NCBI GenBank assembly: GCA_022813865.1
Contig: JALDZX010000005.1
Coordinates: 434,001 to 498,000 of the forward strand
Direction: 5' to 3'
Source of the DNA: Xylographa opegraphella
Taxonomy: Eukaryota
Length of the DNA stretch: 64,000 bases
The notes under the pieces were generated by a model. That model did not search any database. It had not been told where the DNA came from and saw nothing but the letters and a program-made list of their open reading frames with translations. Made by a program: the position numbers and the translations under genes. Below are positions 36,696 through 47,941 of the stretch, one piece after another (positions within the stretch are counted from its first letter, which is position 1; the number at the start of each line of letters is the position of its first letter).

Positions 36696-38249
36696 CTACA
36701 TACTCGCCTTCCCCCTCGACTCAAACGGCAACAGCACGGCCAGTAGCCCCGCAGCGATGAACAGCGCCCCACTAACATACACGGGCGCGGCCGTATTCAG
36801 ATTCGCATAGATGGCCACGATGGGCGCCATGATCCCAAACACGCGATTCGCCGTGGCCGCCAGGGCGTTGCCGGTCCCGCGGTCCTTGGTCGGGAAGACT
36901 TCGGGGGTGTAGCCGTAGAGCACGGCGTACATGACATTGCTCATGAAGTTGTACGCGCAGTTCCAGCCCAGCAGCGCGTTCGACGTCAGCGCCGTGGTGG
37001 AAGCGAAGAGGAAGACGCCGGTGAGGGCGGTTGATGCGGCGAGGGCACCTTTTCGGCCACAGTAGGGCGTCTCGACGAGGACGCCGCCGAACATCGCCCC
37101 GGGAATGCCGAGGACGGCGATGATGAGGGAGTCGCGGTAGGTGATGTAGGTGGAACCGTCACCGAATTTGGCACCTCGAGTGGCTTGGATATATGGGAGA
37201 AAGGCATTGTACAAGGGGAAGCCGAGGCCGATGAACGCCCAGATCAGCATGATGAGAGACGTTGACCATGCAAGCTTCGGCGACGCGAACAGTGCGCGTA
37301 CATGCGTGAAATTAAGTTTCTCGAGCTTGCGGTGCAGAGCCGCTGAAGCATCGGTTTGCACTTGGCCTTGCTGGTCGAATACTTGAAGGTCGGCGAGAGT
37401 CAGAGCTGATGTCTTCCCATTGCGGCGGGCGACTTCGTGAACAACGCGGACGGCGTCTGTATCGCTGCCGCGACCCATCAGGTATTTTGGCGATTCGAAG
37501 ATGGTGAAGCACAGGAAACGGATAGCAAACATAAGCATAGCTATGCCACCCATTGCGATCATGAAGTAACGCCATCCCATGTTGGCTGAACGGGTACAAA
37601 CTGTGCCTTCCTGGCAAGTGCGATATCCAAGAAGCGGCCATGCAATCAACGTAGCTAAGAGTTGGGCAAACGCCCACCATATCGATAATACCGTAAGAAG
37701 GTACTGATGCGTTCCAGGGAGGAATTCAAGGAAGATGGCCGAATCAACTGGCAGATTTCCACCAACACCGACCGACCAAAGGGCAGCAAACACCCCTATT
37801 GCAGCAAAATTCGGAGATCCCGCCGCGATAAGACCAAAGACAGCGGTGATACCGATTGTCAGGTTGAATGCCCACCTCCGGCCGAAAACGTCACAACCAA
37901 AGCCCCAGAACATGGCGCCGAAGAGAAGCCCAATGTTTTGGGACAATGACAACAGCGGGGGCTTCGAGGGTGAGAACTCGTTCGTGATGGGTGTGAATAT
38001 CAAGGATGTCACAACAGGCCAGAGATTGTCGCTTGCCCAGCCAAATCCTACGACACAGAAGAGCTGCCATTGGTATCTGCCCATGCCAATTTCCTGGATA
38101 GCGTTGTTCAGAACATGCGCCTTTGCAGCATATACCGGGTCGAGAGTGCCTTTGGGTAAAGCCGAGACAGTGACATCGTCGAGCGTGTCACTCTGTATGG
38201 CATCCACAGATATATCCTTTCCAACCTTGTCTTCGACGGATTCAGCCAT
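36696..38249 (-). CDS. MFS transporter, SV2/sugar-porter-like (intronless)
   Basis: IGMGRYQWQLF, GCDVFGRRWAFN, GGNLPVDSAIFLEFLP, ESPKYLM, YTPEVFPTKDRGTG and multiple TM helices. Confidence 0.92.
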   Translation of the reverse strand: MAESVEDKVGKDISVDAIQSDTLDDVTVSALPKGTLDPVYAAKAHVLNNAIQEIGMGRYQWQLFCVVGFGWASDNLWPVVTSLIFTPITNEFSPSKPPLLSLSQNIGLLFGAMFWGFGCDVFGRRWAFNLTIGITAVFGLIAAGSPNFAAIGVFAALWSVGVGGNLPVDSAIFLEFLPGTHQYLLTVLSIWWAFAQLLATLIAWPLLGYRTCQEGTVCTRSANMGWRYFMIAMGGIAMLMFAIRFLCFTIFESPKYLMGRGSDTDAVRVVHEVARRNGKTSALTLADLQVFDQQGQVQTDASAALHRKLEKLNFTHVRALFASPKLAWSTSLIMLIWAFIGLGFPLYNAFLPYIQATRGAKFGDGSTYITYRDSLIIAVLGIPGAMFGGVLVETPYCGRKGALAASTALTGVFLFASTTALTSNALLGWNCAYNFMSNVMYAVLYGYTPEVFPTKDRGTGNALAATANRVFGIMAPIVAIYANLNTAAPVYVSGALFIAAGLLAVLLPFESRGKASM

Positions 38250-38766
38250 GCTCGTGGAGCTGTAGAAGGAAACGCAACGAAAGGGCACACGAGCAGCTCG
38301 GAGCTGTGAACTGGCTTCAGAAGTAGTTAGATACCTACAGCGGGCGAAGCAACATTCCTATATACCCAGTAGATCTGGACCAGGCCGTCGCTATCGTATT
38401 ATTGTGCCGCTGACACATGCGTTAGGTGGGATCTTCGTCGCTGGACGGGGAGATGGCGACATTAGGTTCATGCATGATAAGGTATATTCGGAATATGATT
38501 GGTACCATATCCGAGCGGGGTGCTATGGTGTGATGGCTTATTGGTACAATGCTCGAGCACTCGGACGGCCAGACGAAGTAGGTATGCCACAATGATAATA
38601 GCCAGTCCTTACCTCGGCGAGTTGTGTATAATAAAGTTGGCTTCGTAGGTACGATTCTGGATATTCATCGTAAGAAGCTTGAGCTTGAGCTTGGATGCGG
38701 TCAAGATGCTAGACCGAAAGGGAACACAGTGTAAACGCTAGTCCGATAGAGAATGATGCCAAGATC

Positions 38767-38794
38767 TCACGTGATTTGTTTAGCGGCCCGCTAA
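38767..38794. promoter_or_regulatory. E-box (TCACGTGA) plus inverted repeat TTAGCGG-C-CCGCTAA in the divergent MFS/SMD1 promoter
   Basis: Both motifs are seen directly about 120-150 nt upstream of the SMD1 ATG; function is inferred only. Confidence 0.35.
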
Positions 38795-38915
38795 GTAGCT
38801 GGTCTTGGCAGGGACACTCGTGCTGGAGATATGGAGCATATTCTGTGAGGTCTCAAGAGGATATTCAGATCGAGAACATTTCGCGCTGCACGACTCTCAC
38901 TATCTGTGTAGCAGG

Positions 38916-39479
38916 ATGAAGCTCGTCAGGTAAGCCCAACTCCGGTTCTTCACAGCGATCGCAAGCTGAACTCTTCTGTCCAAGGCTCGTCTGCTCAGCC
39001 GACTGATCTCTTACTAGGTTCTTGATGAAATGTGCCAACGAAACGGTTACAATTGAGCTCAAAAATGGTGCGTCTGACTCCTTCTAGCTTCTTGTCGATG
39101 GTCACGCTGTCATTATGAGGACAACTGGATTCACATCTCCCGGTTTATTATAGGCACAATCCTTCACGGTACCATAACTTCCATCTCTCCACAAATGAAT
39201 ACCGCTCTTCGTGCTGTCAAAATGACTCCTCGTGGCCGTGATCCCATCGCCCTCGACACGATTAATATTCGCGGTTCGACTATCCGATACTACATACTCC
39301 CAGATTCGCTACCCTTGGACAGACTGTTGATTGATGACGCGCCGAAACCAAAGAATAAAGCACGGAAGGAAGCTGCTGATAGGGGAGCTCGAGGAGGAAG
39401 AGGTGGACCAAGAGGGAGAGGACGAGGTGGTGGTGGTGGATTTAGGGGTCGTGGAAGAGGCGGAGGGCGCGGCTTTTGA
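38916..39479 (+). CDS. SMD1: Small nuclear ribonucleoprotein Sm D1 (3 exons)
   Basis: [46 protein letters not shown]...[18 protein letters not shown] plus an RG-rich tail. Confidence 0.96.
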
Positions 39480-39797
39480 GGGAGTCGATGAGTGAGGATA
39501 AACAATGCTTGAATGACGAAAAGAATAGGTTGCCAGAAGCTCTATGATGCTCTCAATGGTGTTGAGGGGTTATGGCTGAAAGCGAAAAGAACGAGGGATA
39601 GTCATTGTGCTGGTTGGGCGACCTGCGCACAACTCTAATTATCTGCTCGGGACTTCTTGTTATAGAGAGAATCTGGCCAAGATGTCCTAGTTGGTATGCA
39701 TGGACCATGGCTTTCTACCACCAGGTGTATACTCTATGTCCTCCAGGTGGACAAGTTCCGAAGCACCCAAAAGCTTTCCATTTCAATGTCAAGAAAT

Positions 39798-40607
39798 TTA
39801 TGATTTGCTTTGATTCGCTTCTGTCGCACGGGAAATTCGTATGACGCGCAGCTTTTCCCATCCTGCAGCCTTTCCAGATCGTCTTACAGTCACGACAGCC
39901 CAGTGTGGACCCCAAGCCTGAATGCGTTTGACCACGTCTTCAGGCTTATTCTGCTGGCACAAAAGAATATATGCTACACCCCTTTCGCTTAGCAGTTGCG
40001 GAAGCTGATCCAGCAATCGATAGGTAACTTCCATACCATCCTTCCCGCCAGCATATGAAAGCGAAAGCAAATGAGAGTCTTCGTCGAAATTTCCATGCTT
40101 AGTGGAGGACGTAAAGACATCTTCTTGACCCAGAGCAGAAGCTTCTGGGAGTTCTGAAGTCGGCACATACGGCGGGTTGAAAACGAGTATGTCGACCACC
40201 GCAGGCTTCATGGCAGAAACCAAATCTGCTTGTAATGCTCCCATGAACGTACCCTGCCCTTGTTGAGGTTCTGCTTTCCTTTGGGAATCTTCACAGGCTC
40301 GTCTAACGGTCTCTTTTGTAGCTTGACAGGCATGTTCGTTAATGTCAATCCCCAGCAAGAGCACATCTGCTCTTCCGAACAAGTTTTGTGCATTCGCGCT
40401 AATAAATGCGATTATGACTCCGGAGCCTGTGCCTACTTCGAGAATCAACGGTACTGGAGAAACAGATGTCTCCTCTGCATTAAAACGTTCTCTCAGATAT
40501 TGAATTTCGGATGCTGCAGATAAAGTGTCGAGAAGTAAGTACGAGTCTTCTGCTGGATCATAGATACGATTCGTATCAACGTGTGCTGTTGAAGGGGTAG
40601 GTAGCAT
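39798..40607 (-). CDS. MTQ2: eRF1 glutamine methyltransferase, HemK2/N6AMT1 family
   Basis: IYDPAEDSYLLLD, EVGTGSG SAM motif, FNPPYVP and YAGGKDGMEV. Confidence 0.93.
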   Translation of the reverse strand: MLPTPSTAHVDTNRIYDPAEDSYLLLDTLSAASEIQYLRERFNAEETSVSPVPLILEVGTGSGVIIAFISANAQNLFGRADVLLLGIDINEHACQATKETVRRACEDSQRKAEPQQGQGTFMGALQADLVSAMKPAVVDILVFNPPYVPTSELPEASALGQEDVFTSSTKHGNFDEDSHLLSLSYAGGKDGMEVTYRLLDQLPQLLSERGVAYILLCQQNKPEDVVKRIQAWGPHWAVVTVRRSGKAAGWEKLRVIRISRATEANQSKS

Positions 40608-40791
40608 CCTGAATGGTATTCCGAAAGTACCGAAAATTAGTCTAGAGTAGGACTATGCATTAGGGTTAATCTAGAATAATTATGGAAATGCGGAAAGCTT
40701 CCGTCGATGATCTCATTCCATTTTCTTTTCAGATGGTTCCTCAACTCCGAATATTCATTGGTAACCGCAACAAACCGCAACAAGTCGAACT

Positions 40792-41307
40792 ATGAGACTT
40801 TCTATGAGGTTATTGGCCACGCCCACTGCCGCTGGTTCTACTGCAGGGCTCAAGCCCGCTCCAATGGCTCTGCTACCGCCCATACCGCTCTACAGGCGCC
40901 TATTGCGGACACATCGAAAACATTTGCCCAAAGAGATGCGTTTGCTGGGTGACGAGTACATCAAAAGCGAATTCAGGGCCCATAGGAATATTGAGAATCC
41001 CGTTCACATTGTTCGTACATTAAAGCTATCCTGTTTCATTCACATTCACGACGCTAACGACTTCTGGTTGGCAGATTGGTTTCTTAACGGAATGGCAAAT
41101 GTACGCTCAAAAGCTCGAAGGAGATTTGTGGCTCGGAGAGAAAATAGACAGTGGGAAGATAGATAAGATGAGCGGTACAAAAGATCTGGAACTCTCTCTG
41201 TGGAACATTGCTGACGAATGTTAGATCAACAACTTGGCCAGCTGTATGAACTTATGCAAGCCATCCAAAAGAGAGATCAGGACGGAGGCAATGAAGAAAG
41301 CTCATGA
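40792..41307 (+). CDS. SDH7: Succinate dehydrogenase assembly factor 3 (Acn9/Sdh7), LYR protein (3 exons)
   Basis: [75 protein letters not shown]; mitochondrial-type N-terminus. Confidence 0.92.
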
Positions 41308-41638
41308 GTCTTTCGTCCTAAATGACTACTGCTATCCTGAAACTACTACATGACTGGCACTTAAGAGCCATCATCCGTCGTGAATAATGGGAGTGCCGGG
41401 AATACCATGACTCTGCTCGACATACAGACTTTCTGAGCAGTCATAACTACGATCTATCCACGATCTCTTCCATTTGGAAACAACTACGAAGAACCCAAAA
41501 GCCTATGCGCTTCAGCAGTAATTCGAAGCTTATCGTAAACTTTCAAAGAAATCCTTGAAAGGCTACCTCCGCCTCAAACACTATTTGTACTCATCGGTCG
41601 TCACAACCAATAAAAACTACCTAAACAATACCTGCAGT

Positions 41639-41938
41639 ATGTGCACTACTCGCCGTATCCGCTGCCTTACCTGCCGCCGAGACTGGATGGCTCTCGTTAC
41701 ACCTTGCGGACCAGACCGCAATTTCTCCAATTGCCCAGATTTCCAAGATCGGACCGCCCATCAACTCGGCGCGGGCCCTTTCGGTGTCCAGAAATGTCCG
41801 AAATGCCAGAAAGGTTGCAAGTATGACGCGAACAAGCTGAGGATGGTAAAGAGCGTGACTTATGGTGTCAGATTAGGGCAAAGTGCTAGCCGGAAAAGTG
41901 GGAGTGGGGTGGAGCTTATTTGCTGTAATGTGATGTGA
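41639..41938 (+). CDS. Small Cys-rich protein with C-terminal CCaaX motif (99 aa)
   Basis: MCTTRRIRCLTC...C...C...CPKC..C...GVELICCNVM*; two CxxC pairs and a CC-aaX terminus. Confidence 0.65.
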   Translation: MCTTRRIRCLTCRRDWMALVTPCGPDRNFSNCPDFQDRTAHQLGAGPFGVQKCPKCQKGCKYDANKLRMVKSVTYGVRLGQSASRKSGSGVELICCNVM

Positions 41939-42400
41939 GAGTGCAGAGCCGGATGAGGCTTTTCGGAAGCGCAGGAGTTGGTGTGACTGTTGGGCAAAGT
42001 ATTCCTGTTGGTAGAGCATGGGGGGTCGGCGGGAATGGTGCTGTGTGTACTGATTCGAATGGTGCGGTAAACTTTGATGGCTTATGGTACTCGAGTATCA
42101 ATTGCACACATGTTTCTTTCATGATCTTTATGAATACTTGCTACCATTTCTGGTACGCTGTGCGCAAGATTTCACTTCAAGATGGCTGCTATGCTTTTAC
42201 ACGCTAGGACATGCATGGTGATGATGGTCTCAAGTTACTCCAATGCTCTTTTTTCTGATAACTTCTACTCTCTTTTGTGCTTGTGGATTGATGTTTGCAA
42301 GACTTGTTCTATGGTTCTCGAGGCTTACCTCATCGATCTCTCCCTTCTGTTGAGTCTATACTATACTCTCGTCACCCCATCACCAGAGCGCATATCCACC

Positions 42401-43332
42401 TCATAAGAACAACAGAAACGCCCCCGCTACCATCCCAAGCCCCGCCATCAACCACTCGCTCTCTAATTTCCCAGCTGTCCCCGTGAACGCCGCTAGCGTC
42501 GAGCTCTGCGTTGCGGCGGACGAACTGGTACTGTTCGTCGCGGCGGTCGTCGTCGCTATTGGCACCGCGCCTGTTCCAAGGGGTACGTAGGGCGTCACGA
42601 GCGTGGTGGAGAATGAAGATGTTGGGCCTGAGCTGGTGGAGCTGGCTGTGGGGGTGGGGGAGGTGCTTGTGAGGGATGTGGTGCTAGCGGATGGTGCTGG
42701 TGAGGATGAAGAAGACGAAATGGGTGCGCCGCTCGAGATGTTGAATGGCGGCCCGCTATCAGGGTAGGCGATGCCGTTGTACGAGCATGCGGCATCGCCG
42801 GTTGTGGGGGATGATTGGTAGCCTAGGAGGGGCCGGTCAGTCTGTGGCAACGGTGCAGGTTTGTCGGCAGGTCAGCAGGAGGGGTCTTTTGTGCATCTTT
42901 CCCCTTCGCCGCGGAGGTACCTACACGGAGCGAAATCTTTGATGCCGACGGGGGGGACGCCGGCTAGGCTGGGTATATATCAGCACCTGTGGAACGGATA
43001 GGTACAGCGCAGACGAGCTTACTTGTCGTTGCAGTTTCCTGGCTGCCCGACAGTCTGGTCCTCAGTCAGCGTAGGACTAAGGACGGCGGCCGCTTGGAGG
43101 GGGTGCGACTCACTCCCGAGCAGCGGATGATGATGTTGGACGTCAGCGACGCGGCAGCGCAGAAGTTCTTGCCTGCGGCAGCTACGGGACATTGGATACT
43201 GCCGTTGCCGTTGCTGGGTGGGGCGTGAGTGAGGTCTGTAGGGGAGACAGTGGGGAGTGGCTCTTACACCGTGATCTGCGCGAGAACAAGACGGAGCGCA
43301 CCTGCTGCGAGGAGCGGGAGGGTGGTCCTCAT
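42401..43332 (-). CDS. GPI-anchored Ser/Thr-rich cell-surface protein with N-terminal Cys-rich domain (multi-exon)
   Basis: Signal peptide MRTTLPLLAAGALRLVLAQ; exons encoding QCPV..NFCAAASLTSNIIIRCSG|..GQPGNCND|NLAGVPPVGIK..|YQSSPTTGDAACSYNG; S/T stalk; AFTGTA omega region and hydrophobic C-terminus. Confidence 0.8.
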
Positions 43333-43869
43333 GGTGGGAGGTGGTACAGTTCAGGTAGACACGGGGTCGGGGACAGTGACTTGGGGAGAACTCGCTTGTG
43401 GCAGTCGAAGACCGGTAGGTCTTGCAACGCAGGGAATTCGGCAGCCATGCTTTATATATACGGTGCCCTGGGTGTTGCGGAATAAGCTTGTTTGGTGAGA
43501 ACGGGAACAAGTCACTGCGGTCGAAACGGCCGGTTTTAGGCGTGCTCGAGATATGATTGGTTCGGCTAAGCAGGCTGTGAGAGAGTTGTGGAGTTTTGCG
43601 ATGGAACAAGGAGTTTCAATCGGGTAAGGATTTGAGGACAGGTAAGCGTGCGTGATTGCGGACTTTAAATCAAGGTTGGGACTTGGGAGGTGAGGAGTTG
43701 GAATTCTTCGTTCTTGACTATTTGGTGCACTGTGGATTACGATGTTGAGATTACGAAGACTTAAAGTATGTAAAGTTACAGATATTTTGTTAGGGACAAA
43801 GGTGAGAACTATCAATCACTACTTCAATACATTTCAAAATCCGACGCCTGCCAAATCGCATCTAAATTC

Positions 43870-45107
43870 CTATTCGGCATCTAGGGGAGCAACCGGCGGG
43901 CGATCGTCGACCTGAATACCGCCTCTCTTCTTCTCTGCGCTGTCATGGAATGGTAACTTCCAACCTCCCTCATCTTCTGGAGTTGCGAGCCACAAACGCA
44001 TCAAGTGGCGCCGGGGTGCTGGAGGAGCATGATCCGTGTATTCGGTTCTTGCATGGAAGACGTGCTCATTTGACAAGAACTGAATATCGCCGACTTCCAG
44101 GATCATGTGAAGTGCCAATCGCTTACACGTCGCCTCGAGGACGTCTGATGCCTCGAGTTGCGCAGCAGAAAGCGGGGGGATTATGCCTTGATCGGAGAAG
44201 CGCGTAAGCGAGCGGACGTAGTACGGATCCCACCTTTCAACATTAGCTAGGGGAAACCGTGGGAGGGTTGCTTATACTTTGAATAGACACGCCCATTACC
44301 ACCTTTTTCGAGGAAGAAGATGGCTGTTTTGATGTATGGATCTTCCCCCTCGCTGATTTCCTCTTTGCGGTCAAAGTACCAGATCGGTTCCGTGAGGGTT
44401 TTCAGCACATCCGGGCGTTCTTTGGAGAGGACGTTGTAGACGTGATGAGAAGAGACAATGTCAGATTCTCCGCCCTTGAGAGCTCGGGCTATACACAGGA
44501 GGCCTACGATATCGCAATCGTCCTGGTGGAAGAATTGTCGAGCGTTGGTCCTGTATATGCGCACCTTGTCGATCCGTTTCGGATCATCTCCGACATCTTT
44601 GACATGTCCTAGCACATGCCCTCTACCATTCTGGCTGACAAAATATCCAAGGTAGGTGCCGAGCCCCATATATGCCACAGCCGATTTGTGATTGCCCCAG
44701 TCGTCAACTGGAAATCTTTTGAAAAGGATGAACCCTTTGCCGTTCAACAGATCGGACCGAACAGATTCCATCAAGGTAGACATAAGGGGCAGCTTGAAAT
44801 TAGCCTTAGAAATTCCCGTTAAGGGAGTGCCCGACGAAAGAAAGGCATCGGCTGCTTCGCTCATTTCTGAAATCTCCTCTTGAGTGAAACTGTGCACCCA
44901 TTTTTCAGGGGTGTTGATATAATCTTCACTCTTCCATACAGTCGGTCCATTGATGACCTCAGGGAAGTCTTCATATGGCCGCAGCTGGTCGTAAAGGGGT
45001 GGATGCTGCCCTGAGGTCTTGATACCATCTGGAAAGATAGCTTTCGAGACTGGTTTCTGGAAATGGTACGGCGCAGAAGGGTACGATTCCGTCAATGCCG
45101 GTGCCAT
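43870..45107 (-). CDS. TauD/TfdA (clavaminate synthase-like) Fe(II)/2-oxoglutarate dioxygenase (intron ~44276-44234)
   Basis: SQNGRGHVLGHVKD, YRTNARQFFHQDDCDIVGLLC (HxD), GDIQFLSNEHVFHARTEY and RRHLMRLWL. Confidence 0.92.
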
Positions 45108-45656
45108 TGTCGCAGAAAATAGTATGATGGTACTGCTGCTATTTCCAGAAAGTAGAGAATCTCGTTGACGAGTCGAGAAGACACAGGAGACAAAGGAGAC
45201 GTTGGAGATTCACACGAGGCATGTTGACTGCAGTGCTTGGGCACATGTGCAGCGGCACCACACGGCAATGGCTTACCCAGTCAGTGGTGGCCATAACGCG
45301 CATCCCTCCAGGATGAGGGCAAGGTCGTGAGGGGTTCGAGCATGAGAAGCTGGGGTCGAGTTCCGCATTCCGCTGCTTCGGGACTAGTCGTTTTCCTGAC
45401 TCGGGATGTGATGCTTGATTGCGGATTGGATCTCATGTCTACCACGAATTTCTATAAGATGAAACCACTCAATCATACTTTTAATTATCCTAAAGCCAAC
45501 CCATCACGTATCCGAAGTCTATATCCACTACCACTCATCATATACGATACTATGGAGATAACATTACAATCCGCGTGCAAGTCCGTCTTCTGGTGAAGGC
45601 AAGTGGTGAAACCCTATCATCATTTGTCAAGTGGATACCCATATTGCTGAAAACAA

Positions 45657-47465
45657 TTAATCAGAAGAGTCGCCAGACTCCGTAGGTGGATGATTATTGA
45701 ACCATTCGGTTCGTATGTGGTCCATTTCTTCCCGCCAGCGGTCAATCCGTTTCCGATAGAACGGATTCGGGTCCGTGTCGATGGCCTCCAGTCTCCGTTT
45801 ACGTTCTTGCGCATCCCAGCTTTCCGCAGTTCCGATGGACTTTGCTTCCCACTCGTCGAACTCATTGGTATCTGACTGTTCGAGCAGTGGCTGCTGAGAT
45901 CCAAGATCTGCAGGTTCCACGTTTGATGATATGGATGCCTGTTCTCTCCACTTCATGATCTTTCCCGCGGGAACGGTAGCGTGCAACTCTGCTTCCTGGC
46001 TCATCCTATAGCCATCTGAGGACCAAGAGGCTAAGTAGGATCCCTCAGAGTCGTCAGGTTCCACCACAAGTCCCAAGCGCTGCGCTTCATTGAAAGCGTT
46101 TGCGTAACCCTCCTCGGCTTCTCTAAGACATGCAGTCAACCAGGATACATTCTGGAAATAAGCCTGGTCGAAGACAGTAGTCTTTATAGACGTTGTTCCA
46201 GCTGCAAGAGCTTGACGATACTCTTGCATGTCAGTATCGTACATATTTCCGCGATTATCGAACATCTCTTGTCTCTCATCAAGAAGTTGTCGCGCGTCAT
46301 CCAGCACATCCAGCGCGGTTCTGTTTTCAGGTTCGGTCTCGTCCCCTCCTCCACTGTTGCTGTTCTTGGATTCCAGAGTTTGAGGGCCCGCTGTTGTCTT
46401 TGTTCCATGACCTTCTTGCTGTTGCTCCACTCCGCTTTCGTCGGTCGTCTCTTGTATTGGGTCCAGAATATTTGCCTCCGATAAAGCTCGTTCTATAGTG
46501 CTCAAAAATTGTTCGCGCAGGTGCTTCAGGTCCCGTGTCTCGCTTACTTCTTCATCATACACGCTGATCATCTTTTTTCGGCGTTCTTCCGACGCTGACG
46601 CTGCATCAGCTTTTCTCTGCTCTAGGAGAGTCCTTTGCTCTTCTAACACATCCTCATTTCCGAGCTCTTCCTCAATTTGGCTTACACTCTGCTCTGTTGT
46701 ATTCTCTTCCCGGCAAATTCTTGTAAGTTTTTTTGTAAGAGCCTCCACATTTCCATCTCTGGACCGGATAAGGTTCATGATATGGACCAGACGGTGGGTC
46801 AATAGCAACATTGGAAGACCAGTCGTCCTGTCGGCCACAACTACCACTCTACCAGCTTTTTGTTCATCTTGACTCTGGATGGCCTCGACCGTCTCGTGAT
46901 CGATCGCTGCGGCTGGTGGAATTTGGTCGATCTCTTCATTGGTGCCGATCTGGTATTGTTCTGCAGTACTAACTTTGGCCATTGGCGGCATATCGTCGAC
47001 CGTCGGGAAATTCTCTGTCTGCGAATCACTACTGTGGCAAACCGGTATACTATCCGGCTCTGTTAATGTATCACGGCAATTTAAGGACTCCGATGCTTGT
47101 ATTCCCTCGTCACGGTATATTCGGATATCGGTTGTCTGTGTTACCGCGTCGTGGTATCTTGAGATATGGGTTGTCTCTGATGCTGTATCATCAACACTAA
47201 GACTTGCATGCTCCGGTTCATCACGCAAAAAGTGGGCATGCAGCTGTCGCAGTCGTCTCCTTTGCAGTAGTTGTTCATGCTGCCGTCGATCCAGTTGCTC
47301 TTGTTCGTGCAGTTGATCTTGGAGCTGCTGTGAAGTTTCCAATAAGCCTTGGGCAGCACCGTTACGTCGGGTTAAAAGTCCCAATGCATTTGTCAACCGC
47401 CGTCGCGTCCATTGCGCGAGGCTATCTCGGCGCTGCATGATGGATGAGAGTTCTATGTATGACAA
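45657..47465 (-). CDS. Hypothetical acidic coiled-coil protein (602 aa, intronless)
   Basis: Long open frame with E/Q-rich heptad-like segments and a C-terminal block with DGY and W-containing motifs (DEWEAKSIG, RIDRWREE). Confidence 0.75.
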   Translation of the reverse strand: MSYIELSSIMQRRDSLAQWTRRRLTNALGLLTRRNGAAQGLLETSQQLQDQLHEQEQLDRRQHEQLLQRRRLRQLHAHFLRDEPEHASLSVDDTASETTHISRYHDAVTQTTDIRIYRDEGIQASESLNCRDTLTEPDSIPVCHSSDSQTENFPTVDDMPPMAKVSTAEQYQIGTNEEIDQIPPAAAIDHETVEAIQSQDEQKAGRVVVVADRTTGLPMLLLTHRLVHIMNLIRSRDGNVEALTKKLTRICREENTTEQSVSQIEEELGNEDVLEEQRTLLEQRKADAASASEERRKKMISVYDEEVSETRDLKHLREQFLSTIERALSEANILDPIQETTDESGVEQQQEGHGTKTTAGPQTLESKNSNSGGGDETEPENRTALDVLDDARQLLDERQEMFDNRGNMYDTDMQEYRQALAAGTTSIKTTVFDQAYFQNVSWLTACLREAEEGYANAFNEAQRLGLVVEPDDSEGSYLASWSSDGYRMSQEAELHATVPAGKIMKWREQASISSNVEPADLGSQQPLLEQSDTNEFDEWEAKSIGTAESWDAQERKRRLEAIDTDPNPFYRKRIDRWREEMDHIRTEWFNNHPPTESGDSSD

Positions 47466-47941
47466 TGAAGAGAAGAGAAGATGAGATTTGATACAGCAAT
47501 CTGAAGTACTGGTTCAAATTTGATGTCGTAGAAGTGATAACAAGTGGTAATATTGGAAAACGAGGTCCAAGGTTTAGAAGGTGTTATATGGTACATGCTT
47601 TGTTTCTTTGACTTACACTTATGCTTTTGGCAGAATGACAAACAAATGGTTGAAACAGAGCAACAGCAACTGGCCTCTAATATGACCACAACAAGGAGTC
47701 AAAGGGAATCGAGAACAAATGAACCTATGATCTATATTCAATACTTGGCTGCCTCGTCCTCGATGTTCTCGTTAACTCCATCACCTCCGATTCACTGCTA
47801 TTCTTTACAGCATCCCATACCTATTGCATCATCCATTGCTATCAGTATAATGAGCGGCCCAGAGCGCCCCAAAATTGCTCAATTGATGGAAGGAAAAAAC
47901 CGTGGGAGCCTACTCCAGGGGGACAACCCCTCGACCCTTCC

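Noticed and set aside
41639..41938. CaaX peptide as an a-factor-like mating pheromone
   Set aside because: Too long and Cys-rich, without the short or repeated pheromone units; kept instead as a lipidated microprotein.
42401..45107. Possible secondary-metabolite cluster (TauD dioxygenase, with MFS, GNAT and SDR genes elsewhere in the window)
   Set aside because: No PKS, NRPS or terpene backbone gene, and the tailoring-type genes are scattered among housekeeping genes.
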